DNA of 64,000 nucleotides from Lingula anatina (taxonomy: Eukaryota; Animalia; Brachiopoda). Position numbers and translations under genes: made by a program. The notes below the pieces were generated by a model, which searched no databases, was not told the DNA's origin, and saw only the letters and a list, made by a program, of their open reading frames with translations. The stretch is taken from the NCBI GenBank assembly GCA_051362555.1, contig CM120643.1, positions 2,976,001-3,040,000 on the forward strand, read 5' to 3'. This document shows positions 48,299-60,974 of the stretch, in pieces. The first letter of the stretch is position 1. Each line of letters opens with the position of its first letter.

Positions 48299-49561
48299 AT
48301 GTCCAACACTACCGTGATGTTGAATGAAACTTTGGAGGCCGATGTCATTCCACTGAACGGATCAAATGAGACTACTCCCTCCTGTCAACGTATGAGCTGC
48401 ATCGTCTTTATCACAGTGGAAGCCTTGATATCGCTGGTATCGGTAACGTCTAATTGTTTTGTCATTTTTGCGTTTTGGAAGTTCAAGTGGCTTCGGTCGA
48501 ACACTAACATAGCCATTGTGAGCTTAGCACTGGTTGACGTTTTGACCGGTCTAATCAGCATGCCTTACAATATAGTCCTAGGGTATCTCGTCGACATCTT
48601 TCCAGCATTGCATCATTTGGCTTTCAACAAGTACTTCTGCATTGGAAAAATAGCGTCACTAAGTACATTCCTTTCACTTTCAATGCTCCTACAGACTCTG
48701 ATTTCTTTTGAAAGATATGTCAAGATATGCTGGCATATTCACTATCCCAGAGTTTTGCCGAAAAAGAGATTTTATTTCATCACTGGAATGTGCTGCCTGT
48801 ATATGGTCTCTTTGAATTCTTTACCTTTTATGGGATGGAATAACTGGACTCCAGGCGTGGAATGCAGGGCGGAGACGACAATGGCAGGTTTTATGCGCTA
48901 CATTGCAACACCACACGTCCCAATTTGTCTGTTGGTTGCTTTAGGTTTCTACATCGCGATATTTAGAAAAGTCAAGAAGCAAAAACAACAAGTTGGGCAA
49001 TATGGCAACGCATCTGAGGACACACTATCGCAAGGGTTGCGAACTGTTACACCGAAAAACCCACCAGCTAGTCAGAGCATGTCCCCGAAATTTTCATCCG
49101 CTGCTGGCCCGTCAGGATCGCCCAACGAGAATTTTCGCCTTGAAAGTGTTAATACGGTTTCAAGCGTCGTCCCCGGACCAAGTATGGGAGACGAATGCGG
49201 GATTTCTGGTCCCTCTGGTATGGCGCCAATGGCAGCAACAACGTCTACTGGCGACCCTTCTGCGTCTCATATCCGCTCTGACAAGTCTAAAAAGGTGACA
49301 ATCAAATTACCGACCAGCAATACCGATGCCAAGCTTGCAAAAATGACTGCAGTTATTCTCGGTTGCTTCTTTGCTTTTTATTGTCCATATCCAATAATAT
49401 TTTGGAGCGAGAAATACTTTGAGAAGGGCAGTTTGACCTATGCTGTACTTCGAAACATTGCCGTTGAATTTTTATCGTTAAGTTCAACAATTAATCCGTT
49501 CATATACGGTTTGATGAATTCTGAATTTAGGCGTGCCTTTTTCAAAATGTTAAAATGTTAG
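48299..49561 (+). CDS. Class A GPCR copy 6 (420 aa from ATG 48299)
   Basis: Same motifs. The ATG at 48299 (MSNTTVMLNETL) aligns with the starts of the other copies. The ORF-track start at 48203 is a TTG. Confidence 0.95.
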   Translation: MSNTTVMLNETLEADVIPLNGSNETTPSCQRMSCIVFITVEALISLVSVTSNCFVIFAFWKFKWLRSNTNIAIVSLALVDVLTGLISMPYNIVLGYLVDIFPALHHLAFNKYFCIGKIASLSTFLSLSMLLQTLISFERYVKICWHIHYPRVLPKKRFYFITGMCCLYMVSLNSLPFMGWNNWTPGVECRAETTMAGFMRYIATPHVPICLLVALGFYIAIFRKVKKQKQQVGQYGNASEDTLSQGLRTVTPKNPPASQSMSPKFSSAAGPSGSPNENFRLESVNTVSSVVPGPSMGDECGISGPSGMAPMAATTSTGDPSASHIRSDKSKKVTIKLPTSNTDAKLAKMTAVILGCFFAFYCPYPIIFWSEKYFEKGSLTYAVLRNIAVEFLSLSSTINPFIYGLMNSEFRRAFFKMLKC

Positions 49562-50984
49562 AGGATATCACCATCAGCACTTCAAAGTTGGACACATTTC
49601 ATGTTCCTGTTTCATGACACGTGGGTATTGTTCCGTATCATTATATTGTTCTTTAATTTTTTTAGTGGAGTACGTGTATTGTGTGGATTTTTAAAGTAAA
49701 AATACGCATCTCTTGTAAATATCACAACTAGCGTCAGATCACTGGGTAACGTTGTTTGCTCTGATATTCATTCAATATAGACTACTCGATGAAAAGTTGA
49801 TAATGAATTGTAATGAAAGAGAATTCTACATGACGCCGCTACCTAAGGCTCACACCATGAAGCTGGATATGGCCTTAGAATTGAGAAACAAAGAGGCAAC
49901 TACTCACAAACTACTCATGAACAATTTTTTGCAGTTTGTAAATAAATGTAAAATGTATGTACGAGAGAAATCACTACGCTTTCTTAAAGCCTGGATTAAC
50001 AGCTGTTATTTTCATCAGCTGAAAGATCGGAGGGGGGATGTACAGTTGCAACATCAATAGAAATCACAATATAACTAAACCTGATTGTTTATGTTTATTA
50101 TGATACTACATGAATTAGCTAATTGCAATATTCAATGCAATATAACACTAGTATGTAAAAAAAATGTTATTTGATGTACGTATCACATAGAATTCTGGTT
50201 TGATCATTGTCATGTACATGTGTACCACGTGCTAGTACCGTAAATAAATAAATAAATAGATTAATGACTTTATTAATTAATTAATTAATAAGCAGAGGCA
50301 CGCGAAGACCTTTGACTTTTGTCCGCACTGTCCCAGACCAAAGATGCACAAAAATTACCAAAAATTTAAAACTTGATATTATTTTTATTTTAATCTGATA
50401 TTTTCACTTATGCTTTTAAGTCCTAGTCTTGTTGTACGTATCCAGTTTCAAGTCCACATTCTCCACACGTATTTTTAAATCTAAAGTAAAGAGAAAACTG
50501 CACAGAAATAATTGTTTTGGGAAAAATCTGATTCATTGAACTCATAAAAGGGTTGTTTTCTTTAAGAAAAATTCGTACACTCAAAAAGTGTGCCACTAGA
50601 AACATAAAAAATCTCTATTTATTTTCATTTATTAAACTTCATTTCATAAGGGTAAAGAATGGTATGTCCGAACCATAACTTATTTTTTCTTTATTTTGTT
50701 AAATACTACAATGATAACAATAAAAATATTTTAATGCTATTAAAATAGTAAATACAAGATAGCATTCCTCTTTTTTGATATAATAATAATAATAATAATA
50801 ATAATAGTTTTTTGAAAATTGATTAAAAAGTTGGATGGTACATAAATAATTACACTAAAGTTTTAATTTTAAGAGAAAACATGCCAGACATTAAAATATT
50901 TCCTAAAAACATTTTAAAATGCATTTTCAAAAACATTAGGATTATAAATGAATCTTTGGATGCACTTGGTAAAATCAAAAAATC

Positions 50985-51119
50985 ACTGAAGAGTTGACAG
51001 TGCCTAGGGTATAAAAGTCCTAAAGGCTCTGACTTTTCTCAGCTTTGGCACTTCAAAACTTATAAAACTGTTCCCTCCGTGATGGTAAAAGGTGGTGGAT
51101 TGTGTGGTCATTAATCCAC

Positions 51120-51153
<34 letters not shown>

Positions 51154-51640
51154 AGCATTCCTTTACACATTCCTTGTGCAGAAAGTTCAGTGATTCGGTA
51201 TTGGTAGCTTGAAGTGCTTCTTGTTATGAGTTTTCAGGATATTGTTCCATTTTTTATAAAACTGCGGAATTGTTCGTTCACCCATGTTTTTTTTTCATTA
51301 TTTTTATTGCTTTTATTGATAAGTGGTTGTTTAGCAGTTTTCATAAAAGGCAAACTAAGATTCGCATGTTTCCAGCATAAATAGGGGTCTCCAGTCAACG
51401 TTTGCTAATACTGCAGTAAGCAGCGTTTTTAAATTGGTACTTGATATTTTCTTTGTCATTTGTATCGTTTTTGGTTGCACAAAATGGATGGTTTGCATAG
51501 AACAACATTGTGGTCTGAATTTTCTATTGGACATGAAATTTGGGTTTCCATATATTAGTTTTCCATAAACCGGGAAAGTTGTTGAAACATTATTTGCTTT
51601 TCAATTTCTATTTCTGTTGCCAAGAACATTCCACAATAAC
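50985..51640 (-). mobile_element. Decayed LINE (L2/CR1-group-like) ORF2 with the RT core missing
   Basis: Minus-strand peptides PIENSDHNVVLCKP (endonuclease SDH motif, ~51510) and ANVDWRPLFMLETCE. Across a T30 tract come the C-terminal NDHTIHHLLPSRRE and RAFRTFIP*AL. Confidence 0.65.
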
Positions 51641-52189
51641 TTTAAATGGGTCCATTTATTAAAACATGTTTATGTTTGACACCATCCAAGTATAAATAAC
51701 TCTTTGGTATGGATCTGTTTTTTTTCTCTCTGACATCAGATGAAACTAGTGTTATTCTAAACAAATCACACATCTTGCGAACAAAAACTCTGAAAAACGT
51801 GTTGCACCTGCTAATGAAAGAATTCCATCTCAACGAGTCACGCACAAGATCTCGTATTCCGCTGACATTTCGATAAAATTTGTCTCGATGATAAATAATA
51901 CATGGCGCTTTTACATTTGCAGATCAGTGATATAATGCATTTCTCCACAGATGCATCCGTATGTTATGCAAAAAGAAAATCATGATGTTAATTGAAAAAG
52001 TTATTTTATATGCTAATAACAAGCAAAAAATATTTACACTATTAAACAGTCAGGGAAATGAGAGCATTAAGAACACAAAATGCACGATGAAGAAGACAAT
52101 GCACTGAAAACCAAGAGGCCGGTTTTCAAAAGCAGATTCTTAAAGCCAAGTGAAGGTGTGTCGATATGAAAGGATAAAATTCTTTAAAA

Positions 52190-52198
<9 letters not shown>

Positions 52199-52261
<63 letters not shown>
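52199..52261. repeat. (TA)n microsatellite
   Basis: Direct reading. Confidence 0.98.
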
Positions 52262-52263
<2 letters not shown>

Positions 52264-53517
52264 GGGTGAATTTGCTGTTTCGAGATGATGACTTTTACAG
52301 CAACGTTAATGTGGTGAAAATTATATTTTCGATTTCAAACAGATCTCTCTCCTCTGAACAGTTATCAACGCTGTCTGAATGTCTAGTCAATCATAACAAT
52401 AAGCACAGCAATCTACCGTCAGGCAATTTTCTTGAAAGGCTTACAATTCTGAAGCCACGAGTTGATTTCCTATTAGATATTAACAGATATTTCTCTAGCT
52501 AATTCTTTGCACTTTTCATCTGTATTGTACTGTCCAGCGAAAATTGCCATCATCACTTCGCTGGCTTCTGATAGACAGTAATTATATCCGTGCACGTTCG
52601 AAGCTTTTGCTCTCATGTTGAATCGCGTGTGCAGATCTTCACGTTTCAGTCCAACACGACGTGAGCGAGCTTGGTATTAAAATCCTAACATAATTGTCTG
52701 CAAGAGCACTTGTACTGGTAATGGATATAAAGAAGAAAAGGATGATCGCCCCCTCCTCCCCCCCCCCCCCCAACACACACACACACACACACACACAGTG
52801 CATAGATCATCGTTCTTTATTCTTTTATGAAAGGTTGGGGCTGGATAATAGTCTTTAAAGTGTTCCTCGTTTCAAACAATTCTCATAATTGCGAGTGCAA
52901 TTTATGTTTATAGATTTTGTCTAAGTAAGTCTGAAATAATGAATATTGAAGACCACTAACAATTAAATAAAATGGAATAGCTCGCTTATTTCTAGGTGTA
53001 TTTCCGGCCAAACTTTATGGACAATGAGATTTTAGCTTGGATTTGCCTATAAACAATAACATGAATGTAGTGGCGATTCTCTAGGCGGGGGAGGGGGGGG
53101 GTTGTGCTTCAAGCAATATGCAGGCAAAAGTCCGTTCCGTCGGAGGTTCTAATAGGTTAGGATTTGAATGCTCTTTTTCTTCCTCTAATGGGACAAAATC
53201 CTAAAAAAAAAGAAGCCAAATGCATGTCTTGGTTACTTTTGCGGTGAACGTTTGTCATGAAGTTTCTGAATGCTACAGTCGGGATCGGTGGTTAATTAGA
53301 AAATTCGCCCTTTTTACACTTGGGAAAACAAACTCTTCAAATATATAGCAAACACGCACAATGATAAACGGAGAAAGAATTATTAGTAATTATTTAGTAA
53401 TATGATAATGCTGTGTTTTTTATTGAAGACTGCACTCTATGCATTCAAATTACAAATAAACCCAATATCAGACGTGAGATTTCCAAATACAGCTTTTTAC
53501 TGAAAGATTGGAGAGGC

Positions 53518-53768
53518 CTTATAAATGGATTAGGCGTTTACCAACACTACCCGCAGATCTTTTAGCACTAACATCCATATTATAAGCCACAAAACCCACG
53601 AATTAACCAGCACTACCAGAGCGGTTGAATGTTAGTGCTAGGTATCGCTTTGTTGGAGCTAAATAATTGTACGGTGTGCTGGATAATTCGTGGATTTTGT
53701 AGTTAATCTCGGCGTTAGTGCTAGAAGATCTCCGGGTAGTGTTAGTAAACGCCTTATCCTTTTATAAG
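53518..53768. mobile_element. ~250-bp palindromic MITE-like element
   Basis: CTTATAAATGGATTAGGCGTTTACCAACACTACCCGCAGATCTTTTAGCACTAAC is inverted as GTTAGTGCTAGAAGATCTCCGGGTAGTGTTAGTAAACGCCTTATCCTTTTATAAG. Inner arms CCACGAATTAACCAGCAC / GTGCTGGATAATTCGTGG. Confidence 0.85.
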
Positions 53769-55596
53769 AGGGAACAACAACAAAAAAACCAAAAGCTAAT
53801 AATGAACATGTACCTCTTCTCGGTTTAATATCTGCTGTTTTAACATTAAAATGTCTGTCTGCTTCAATCTGTCACTCTTGTATATCTTTCATGTGTGCTT
53901 GCGCTTGTAACTGTCTCCCTCCTTCTGTCTCTCTTTTACCCTCAGTGAGTGTGTGTGCGTGAGTGCGTGACTTTTCGAGTGCGCGAGCGAATGAGTGTGA
54001 TTTCTTCATTCACCGCTTACAGAATGTGTATGTATTAATATGTATTTGTGTGTAATGTGCTTTTACTCGACTAGTCCCTTCGCTTAGAATCGCTGTTTGG
54101 TACCGTTTTAGTTGATATTACTAAGTTCTATACACGTCATGATCTTGTCATTACAGAAGGAAACATCGACGTCAGGCACTTTTATCGAGGGTTTCAACCT
54201 TAGTCGTTTTTAATTACTGAATTGGGAAAAGAGGGTAGCTTTGCTCAATCATTTAAGATAGAAACGAACTCAAAACCCTTTCTAACACGTATTGAATACC
54301 TTGAAATAAAGCCATATTTTAAAACGTAAAATAAATGCAATTTTGTGTCATTCTGTGTGACTCTAAACACTGTAGGAACGCTGCCCGAGCAATACCATTA
54401 TACTGTTCTCCGTTAAAAGACAACAGTTCACGATGGATAAATTAGATTTTGCTATAGCATCCGTAAACCTACAGAACGAGCTGACAACATCTGCTGCCGT
54501 AAACTGAAACCCGTCATTTCTGTACGTGGCAATTTTTCTTTTTGTTGTTTTCACTGTTTGGTACTATGTTACTGGTTAGAAGGAGCATGTAGTGGAAAGA
54601 AATCCCTTGCGACGTTTCATATTTTCTGTTGCATGCGATAACTACTGTATTTGCTCATCATGATCACAAATCCATTAATTTTGATGTAAGTTCAGGATGG
54701 ACAAAAAAAAAACAAAAAAACAAACTGCTTAATTCCCCTATGTATTTTAGGCGTTTATAAAGTATATTGAATTAAACAGATGTTTTCTCAGGCAAAATAT
54801 TGCTTCTTACGCAGATCAATTTTTCGACATGTTACATATGTATGGATTCAACATCCCCCCACACCAAAAAAATTACTAAAAGGGAAAAAAACATACCTCA
54901 CTCTCTATAATTGTTGAAGATGAGAATTTTGTTTGACCGTATTCTCAGTTAATTTTTAAATCATGCCCACCTACAGACTGAGTAACTGTGGAAAATAATC
55001 GACGGATTCGTATTTAGTATCGAATTCAGTCTCAGAAACCTCCTATTATTTAAAACAGTCGAGATTTACCCTGCCCTATTCATAATTACATGTACATATC
55101 AAAAATGATGGATTTACCGACCTAATCAATACACATAAGTAACATCAGGGGAGAATATAGGATTATTTGCAGGGGGGCGGATGCGAAGCCGATCTCTCCC
55201 CCCCCCCCCCCCCCCCCAGGCCGGTTCTTTTAGAGACTGTTAGAAATTCTTTATCCTACCATAATTGCATACTACTGTATATGTTGTTTATAGTTCTGAG
55301 CTTCTTTCGTCGATATTAAATAAAGGATGTTCGAGATTTATGTTTTAAAATGCATAAAAAATAATTGTAAGCTACTGTCTGACTTATTAGCTATGACACT
55401 CGACATTTCTAACCAAAACTCCGCGTCTTTAAGAAATATAAGACCATTTGTGGTGTCACGCAAAGGGTTTTGTAAGAGCAATCATGACTTGTTTTGCAAC
55501 CATCCTTCTCGAAGAACCATTTTGAAATGACAATGGCTCTTCTGTGTCTGATGTCGTTTCAAGTTTTCACATACAAGATGATTTAGAGACATTTAA

Positions 55597-55605
55597 TCAT
55601 CATCA

Positions 55606-55637
<32 letters not shown>

Positions 55638-55686
55638 GTTATTATTATTATTATTATTATTGTTATTATTATTATTATTATTATTG
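55597..55686. repeat. (ATC)n(ATT)n trinucleotide microsatellite
   Basis: Direct reading; it causes the poly-I and poly-N ORFs. Confidence 0.97.
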
Positions 55687-56712
55687 TCTGTGAGTGTGCA
55701 TGCACGCGGACGTGCGTGCGCGTGTGTAAGAACCCCTTTGTATATATGCACTCCTGGAACCATGAAACTTTGGCACGAAGGATTATTGAATTTTTGATAG
55801 ATGAATTTTCTGCTTGGGCTTCTATAAACGATTTTATGCTTGTTTGCTTCATTTAGTAAAGTTGCACATTCCAAATCGTCAAAGCTACGGTATCAAATTC
55901 ATTTATAACTGCTAGACGAAGAGGTGCATAAAAGGGTTTTTTTTTTTTTTTCAGATTTCCATTGTTATAAGGGCTCGTTGATTTGATATTTTTGTCATTA
56001 ATTCTGATATATCCTTTTTAAATGGTCAAACTCTGAACTCTTTTAGTGTTTCATATTTTAGTGTTTCACATTTTTTAATGTTTATGTGCAACATTAATAT
56101 TCGGAGTGATTATTTGCCTTGTGATATTGCATTAAAATCGACACTGCCGCCGAAAACACCGCGTTTATCTATTATTCTCTATCTTGCTGGCGTGTCTTGC
56201 AAGACTTAATACAGTTCACATTCGAAAAACAGCCTTATTGGAATTTTTTCCTGTTATGCAGTTATGTCAAACTATTGGGGAACTAAAATTCTAGGACTAA
56301 AATGCAACTTGAATTGGAAAACCAGACTGATTGAATTCTTTTGCTTGCAGCTCTTTTTTTCTTTTGTGAATGTTTATTTTTCACACATTGGCATTTTCAG
56401 TGTGTGAATTTGAAATTCCCATGGGCCTGTAACCCTATGCTAGTAACATTTTCTGACTGCACATGTTCCTTGACACAAAATTAAACGTTGGTGGTTATTA
56501 TGCTTCTAAGAATCCCCGGTATACAGTCTTGATTTTTTACTTGGAATATATCAGTTTTAAATGTATATCTAGGTATGAAAACTATGATAAATAAATATGT
56601 AGTAAGATGTGTCAGTACCAATTTGATTTCCTGGTCTGTGGCACTTCTGCACTGCTTATTATGAAGTAATACCATTGGGTAATAGCCTTGGGCAGGTCCC
56701 CTAGTATGCCTA

Positions 56713-57131
56713 ATGCCCCTATTTTACACAGACCACGAATCCCACGAATCGCCAGGAATTGACAAATTTCAGGATTCGTGAGGATTCGTGAGATTTTGCC
56801 AATTTTATGGCCTAATTCGACACGCTCTACGGTTCACTTACGATACAGGTGCGATAGTGTTACGAATATTCGTGGGATTCGGCTGGAATTGCACGAATAC
56901 TGTCAAAAATTCACTACGATTTTTTGGAATCGGGCGTTCGTGGCCAAAATTTTGAACAGCTCAAAATTTTTGCCACGAATTCCCGATTGATCAAGAATTG
57001 CAAGAACTGACTACGATTATATACGAATCTGTTAAGAACTTCACGAACTGGTTACGATTCAACCAAGAATCCTGAAATTTGTCAATTCCTGGCGATTCGT
57101 GGGACTCTTGGTCTGTGTGAAATAGGGTCAT
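56713..57131. mobile_element. ~420-bp MITE with ~65-bp TIRs and internal CACGAAT/ATTCGTG repeats
   Basis: ATGCCCCTATTTTACACAGACCACGAATCCCACGAATCGCCAGGAATTGACAAATTTCAGGATTC versus GAATCCTGAAATTTGTCAATTCCTGGCGATTCGTGGGACTCTTGGTCTGTGTGAAATAGGGTCAT. Flanked by TA on both sides. Confidence 0.9.
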
Positions 57132-57544
57132 TATTAAGACAGCAAGATTTTGTTAAAAAGTCTCCATATGTCGGTAATTCCTATACAGAAGATTTTGAAA
57201 TTTCGCATACTAGTAGAGAGTTTATAATGGGGCGTCAATTGAGTGAAGCAGTGTACGTGTCACAGCATTGTTGTTCTGCGCCAGCATGGCTCCAAACAGA
57301 GCGGCATTGCCAGACAATTGCACAATTGCTTTCTGTCATATTTCTGTTCGTTGTGATGTGTCCTCAGTCATGATCCGGTGCTATGTGAATCATCTTATTT
57401 GACATTTAACTATTGTTGGTTGAGGGTGCCATTCCCAAGTAGTCGAGTTGCCACTTTCGTATGCTCCATCGTCGAAGCCTGCTGTGTTATTTCCCAAAAA
57501 CAATATAAAAGAATTACAGTGCTTTGGACCAGAAAAGTCAATTT

Positions 57545-57835
57545 AGGCACGCCCTACCTTATCGTGCCAGGCCAACACAACCATTTTTTTTATTGAGTAG
57601 GAAGTTGAGAAACTGGGCTTCATGGCCTGTGTTGTCTCCTGATTTGTATTCCAAAGGGCAAAGTAAAGACACTCTATACTGAGCAGTATGAAAGAGAGAG
57701 GTCCAGGAAACCGTTGTACAACCTGAGACAGGCTCTTATCTTGTACGGGTTGATCGTAACCAGAGATGCATATCAACAAACAGGTTAAGTCAGCGCTTCA
57801 AGAACACGAATAGGGCCCAAATGACATCCGTACTC
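57545..57835 (+). mobile_element. Decayed Tc1-family transposase C-terminal fragment
   Basis: Frameshifted peptides PYRARPTQPF, WPVLSPDLYS (57623; Tc1 WPxxSPDLNPIE motif) and LYNLRQALI occur in the expected order. Confidence 0.55.
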
Positions 57836-58340
57836 TGTATTGGAATTCTCTGTTGAATAACAGGTTAACGCTGCCATTCAGCACAATTGCTTTTTGTTAT
57901 AAATGTGCAATTGCACAATTGCTTTTTGTGATAAATGTACAGATGATCACCAAAAGGAACTCAAATGGAAAAGGTACTAAAAAAAGAAGAAAACACTGTT
58001 ACTCGAAGTTAGAACATGGAAACATAATGATTATAAAAAATACACTAATTGTCTGGTTGAATATGAAAATTATATTTGTCTTTTAAGGCCTTATTAAAAT
58101 CACATATGCAATGTTCTGTTGGAATATACCATAATGAATGAAAATGCCATAATGAAAAATGCCCAATGTCGGGGAAGTAGTAGTCAAGCTTATTATACCT
58201 CTCTAGTCACAAAGAATGCATTTTTGTAAGAAAAGTTTACAGGAAAGAACTTTGCCGATGTTCGGGCAACTCGATTATAACTTATATTTCAAAGCACACA
58301 CGCACATACACATAGACGATTCATGCCCCCCCCCTCCCCT

Positions 58341-58371
<31 letters not shown>

Positions 58372-59348
58372 GTGGGCACGTGTCTTTTGACAGCAGCCCT
58401 TGCTGCAGATAGAAGGTAGCAAAAACCCCTGCTACATTGTATACGGTATGTTGGAAATCTTTATAAGTAATTATATTTGGTAAATAAAATACATAATTCA
58501 AAGTCCCTTCGATTGAAATGCCTTGTGGACCGAGATATAACAGGTAGTGTTATTTCTTTGTTGTTTTGTTTTTCACCGAAAACCATGCACGGCCTTTATA
58601 AATTGCCTTCATTTATCAGGACTTGAATTGAACTACCTAACAAGAACAATGATCCTTTAATCGAAACCAATTGTCAATTTCTCCGTCATTGAACAATAAC
58701 AAAACGGATGCTCGCAAAAAGAACTCCAATCAAAATCAAATATTGGCGTATTTCCACTTTCTCTGCGATTGATGATCAAATGAACGACCATTTATTACCT
58801 TTCTCACATTCCAAACTTAATCGATATCCTTGGCCAACAATCTGTTCTGACCTGTTTTCAATATAAACTAATATTGAGTGACAACCCCGAGTAATATCAA
58901 GTGCAATACCCTATCGCAGTATCATTTTCAATCTGAGAGCTTTCATCCTGGATGATTGGCATTTACTGCACTGTATAGTTGCCGTATCAGATTTAAAATT
59001 TCTTATAAGATAAAAAGCAATACGATTGTCTTTTTGATGAGAAGCAACGCGTTGGTTTTGCATATGTCATCTATCTTCCTTGACTTGCATGCACTAAACA
59101 CAAAAAACAATCGTTCTATGATAGAATATATAAATTGTGGTTTGATCATTTCAAACGGAGCGCATCAATCGATCATAATATTGTTGTCAGTTGTGAGGAA
59201 ATCCTGATCTCATTAGGTGCCATTACACCTGGCTTTGTTATTATATAAAATAATCTAGACAGTAGGATGGTTCACACCTTAATTCCCACTAATTTGGGGT
59301 CAATTTTTCAGACAGGTCAATTTCTAAGGTCACTTTTCTTCGTGTTAT

Positions 59349-59427
59349 TCAGTGTTTATGTTTATAATATGTCATACACGACAAGATGCGTCAGTGTTTA
59401 TGTAGATCGTATGTAATACACGACAAG
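59349..59427 (+). repeat. Imperfect 42-bp tandem duplication
   Basis: TCAGTGTTTATGT...TATGT(C/A)ATACACGACAAG occurs twice (59349 and 59391). Confidence 0.8.
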
Positions 59428-60394
59428 TACAAAGTAAATGTTTTAAAACGAAGCAAATCTTGATGTCAACTCCACATGGTGGGCATGTAGAGAGAGCGGT
59501 ATAAGACGTGGGGTGGCGATATTCTTTTCTTGCGGATTTTGATGGCGCGCTTGAGGTTAAGGCCCAGTGTCATTAATTGTAACATTAATTCAACTTGAAA
59601 AACAGGTCTTTCTGGATGTTTTTTGTCGTTCCACACACTGCTCTGTGTCACCTTTGGCGCCATTTTGTGTCCCACTCACCCTCCCTCTTCCCCAAAACAA
59701 CACGTGGTCTCGAATGACGACAAATTATTTAATTAACGACAATTAAATGTTCAAGCGTGGCACATTGAAGTAGCAATTAACCCCGTCTCTTATCGCCATC
59801 TTGAGTGCACCTGCATGACCTCAAATGACGCATTATTTCAATTAATGACGGTGTAATGCTTTTAACATGTATGCTGAACGCTGAGAATGGCTTTCAATCA
59901 CAAATTTTGTTGTTATCTTGAAAGGAAAATATATAATAAAAACAAAAAAGCAGTTGCGAGTATTAAATTTTTGCAATGGTGATTGTGTTGATTTCCCAGT
60001 GCATATGCTCTGATTTTTGTATTTTCAGGCACTAATTTTTCCGGTGACATACATGTAGCTAGGACACCAATAACCGGTAAATTGGGGGGGGGGGGGGTTG
60101 GAGGGGGGAGTCTACCACCTAGGCCAAAACCAAACAAATTTTCAGTCCCGATGAAGTTGAATATTCACCCTGTACCGAGATCCGCCAGTGAGCAAGATTT
60201 TGAATCGATTTTGTCCTCAATTTCCTACAGTCATTGTGACATTTTCGCATCTGTGGTTGATTTGTGTATTGTACGTCTTCTGCAGTCAGTGAGCAGATTA
60301 TGCAAGCTGACAGAAAACCTTGACAGTGTCGCACATTTGTCTATGTAAAATATCCTTTCTTAAGATACTGCAACCTCGAGTTTATTTGAATGTT

Positions 60395-60427
<33 letters not shown>

Positions 60428-60628
60428 ACATATACATACACATACACACATATACATACACATACACACACATACACACACATATACATACACACATACA
60501 TACATATACATACACACACATACACATACACATACACACACATACACACACACACACACACACACATACACACACATACACACACATACACACACACATA
60601 CACACACACACACACACACACATACACA
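60395..60628. repeat. Compound (CA)n/(CATA)n microsatellite
   Basis: Direct reading; it causes the HT and CV repeat ORFs. Confidence 0.98.
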
Positions 60629-60898
60629 GCAAGGGTTAAAGGAAAAAACAGTTTAGTCGGTGGTTAGTTGACGCTATTCATGTTACAGGCATCGGTCGAT
60701 AAACATTTACATTGAAGTCCTTTTGTGTAATGCAGAGAGACTATGACATAAAAGACTGATAATGTCTTCTAAGATTTGCATATCATGTCATTTTCAAGGT
60801 ACTTTTATATGGAGGTGAAGACGGATAAGAGATGACCATGTCACTGGCGTTTGATAAAAGTGCATTGCCTTGTTTTTAGGATTGAAACAGAAAACATT

Positions 60899-60902
<4 letters not shown>

Positions 60903-60969
<67 letters not shown>
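60903..60969. repeat. (TC)n(GT)n compound microsatellite
   Basis: Direct reading. Confidence 0.98.

Positions 60970-60974
<5 letters not shown>

Noticed and set aside
55583-55874. Poly-Ile and poly-Asn ORFs
   Set aside because: Translations of an (ATT)n microsatellite.
60320-60667. His/Thr-rich and Cys/Val-rich ORFs
   Set aside because: Translations of a (CA)/(CATA) microsatellite.
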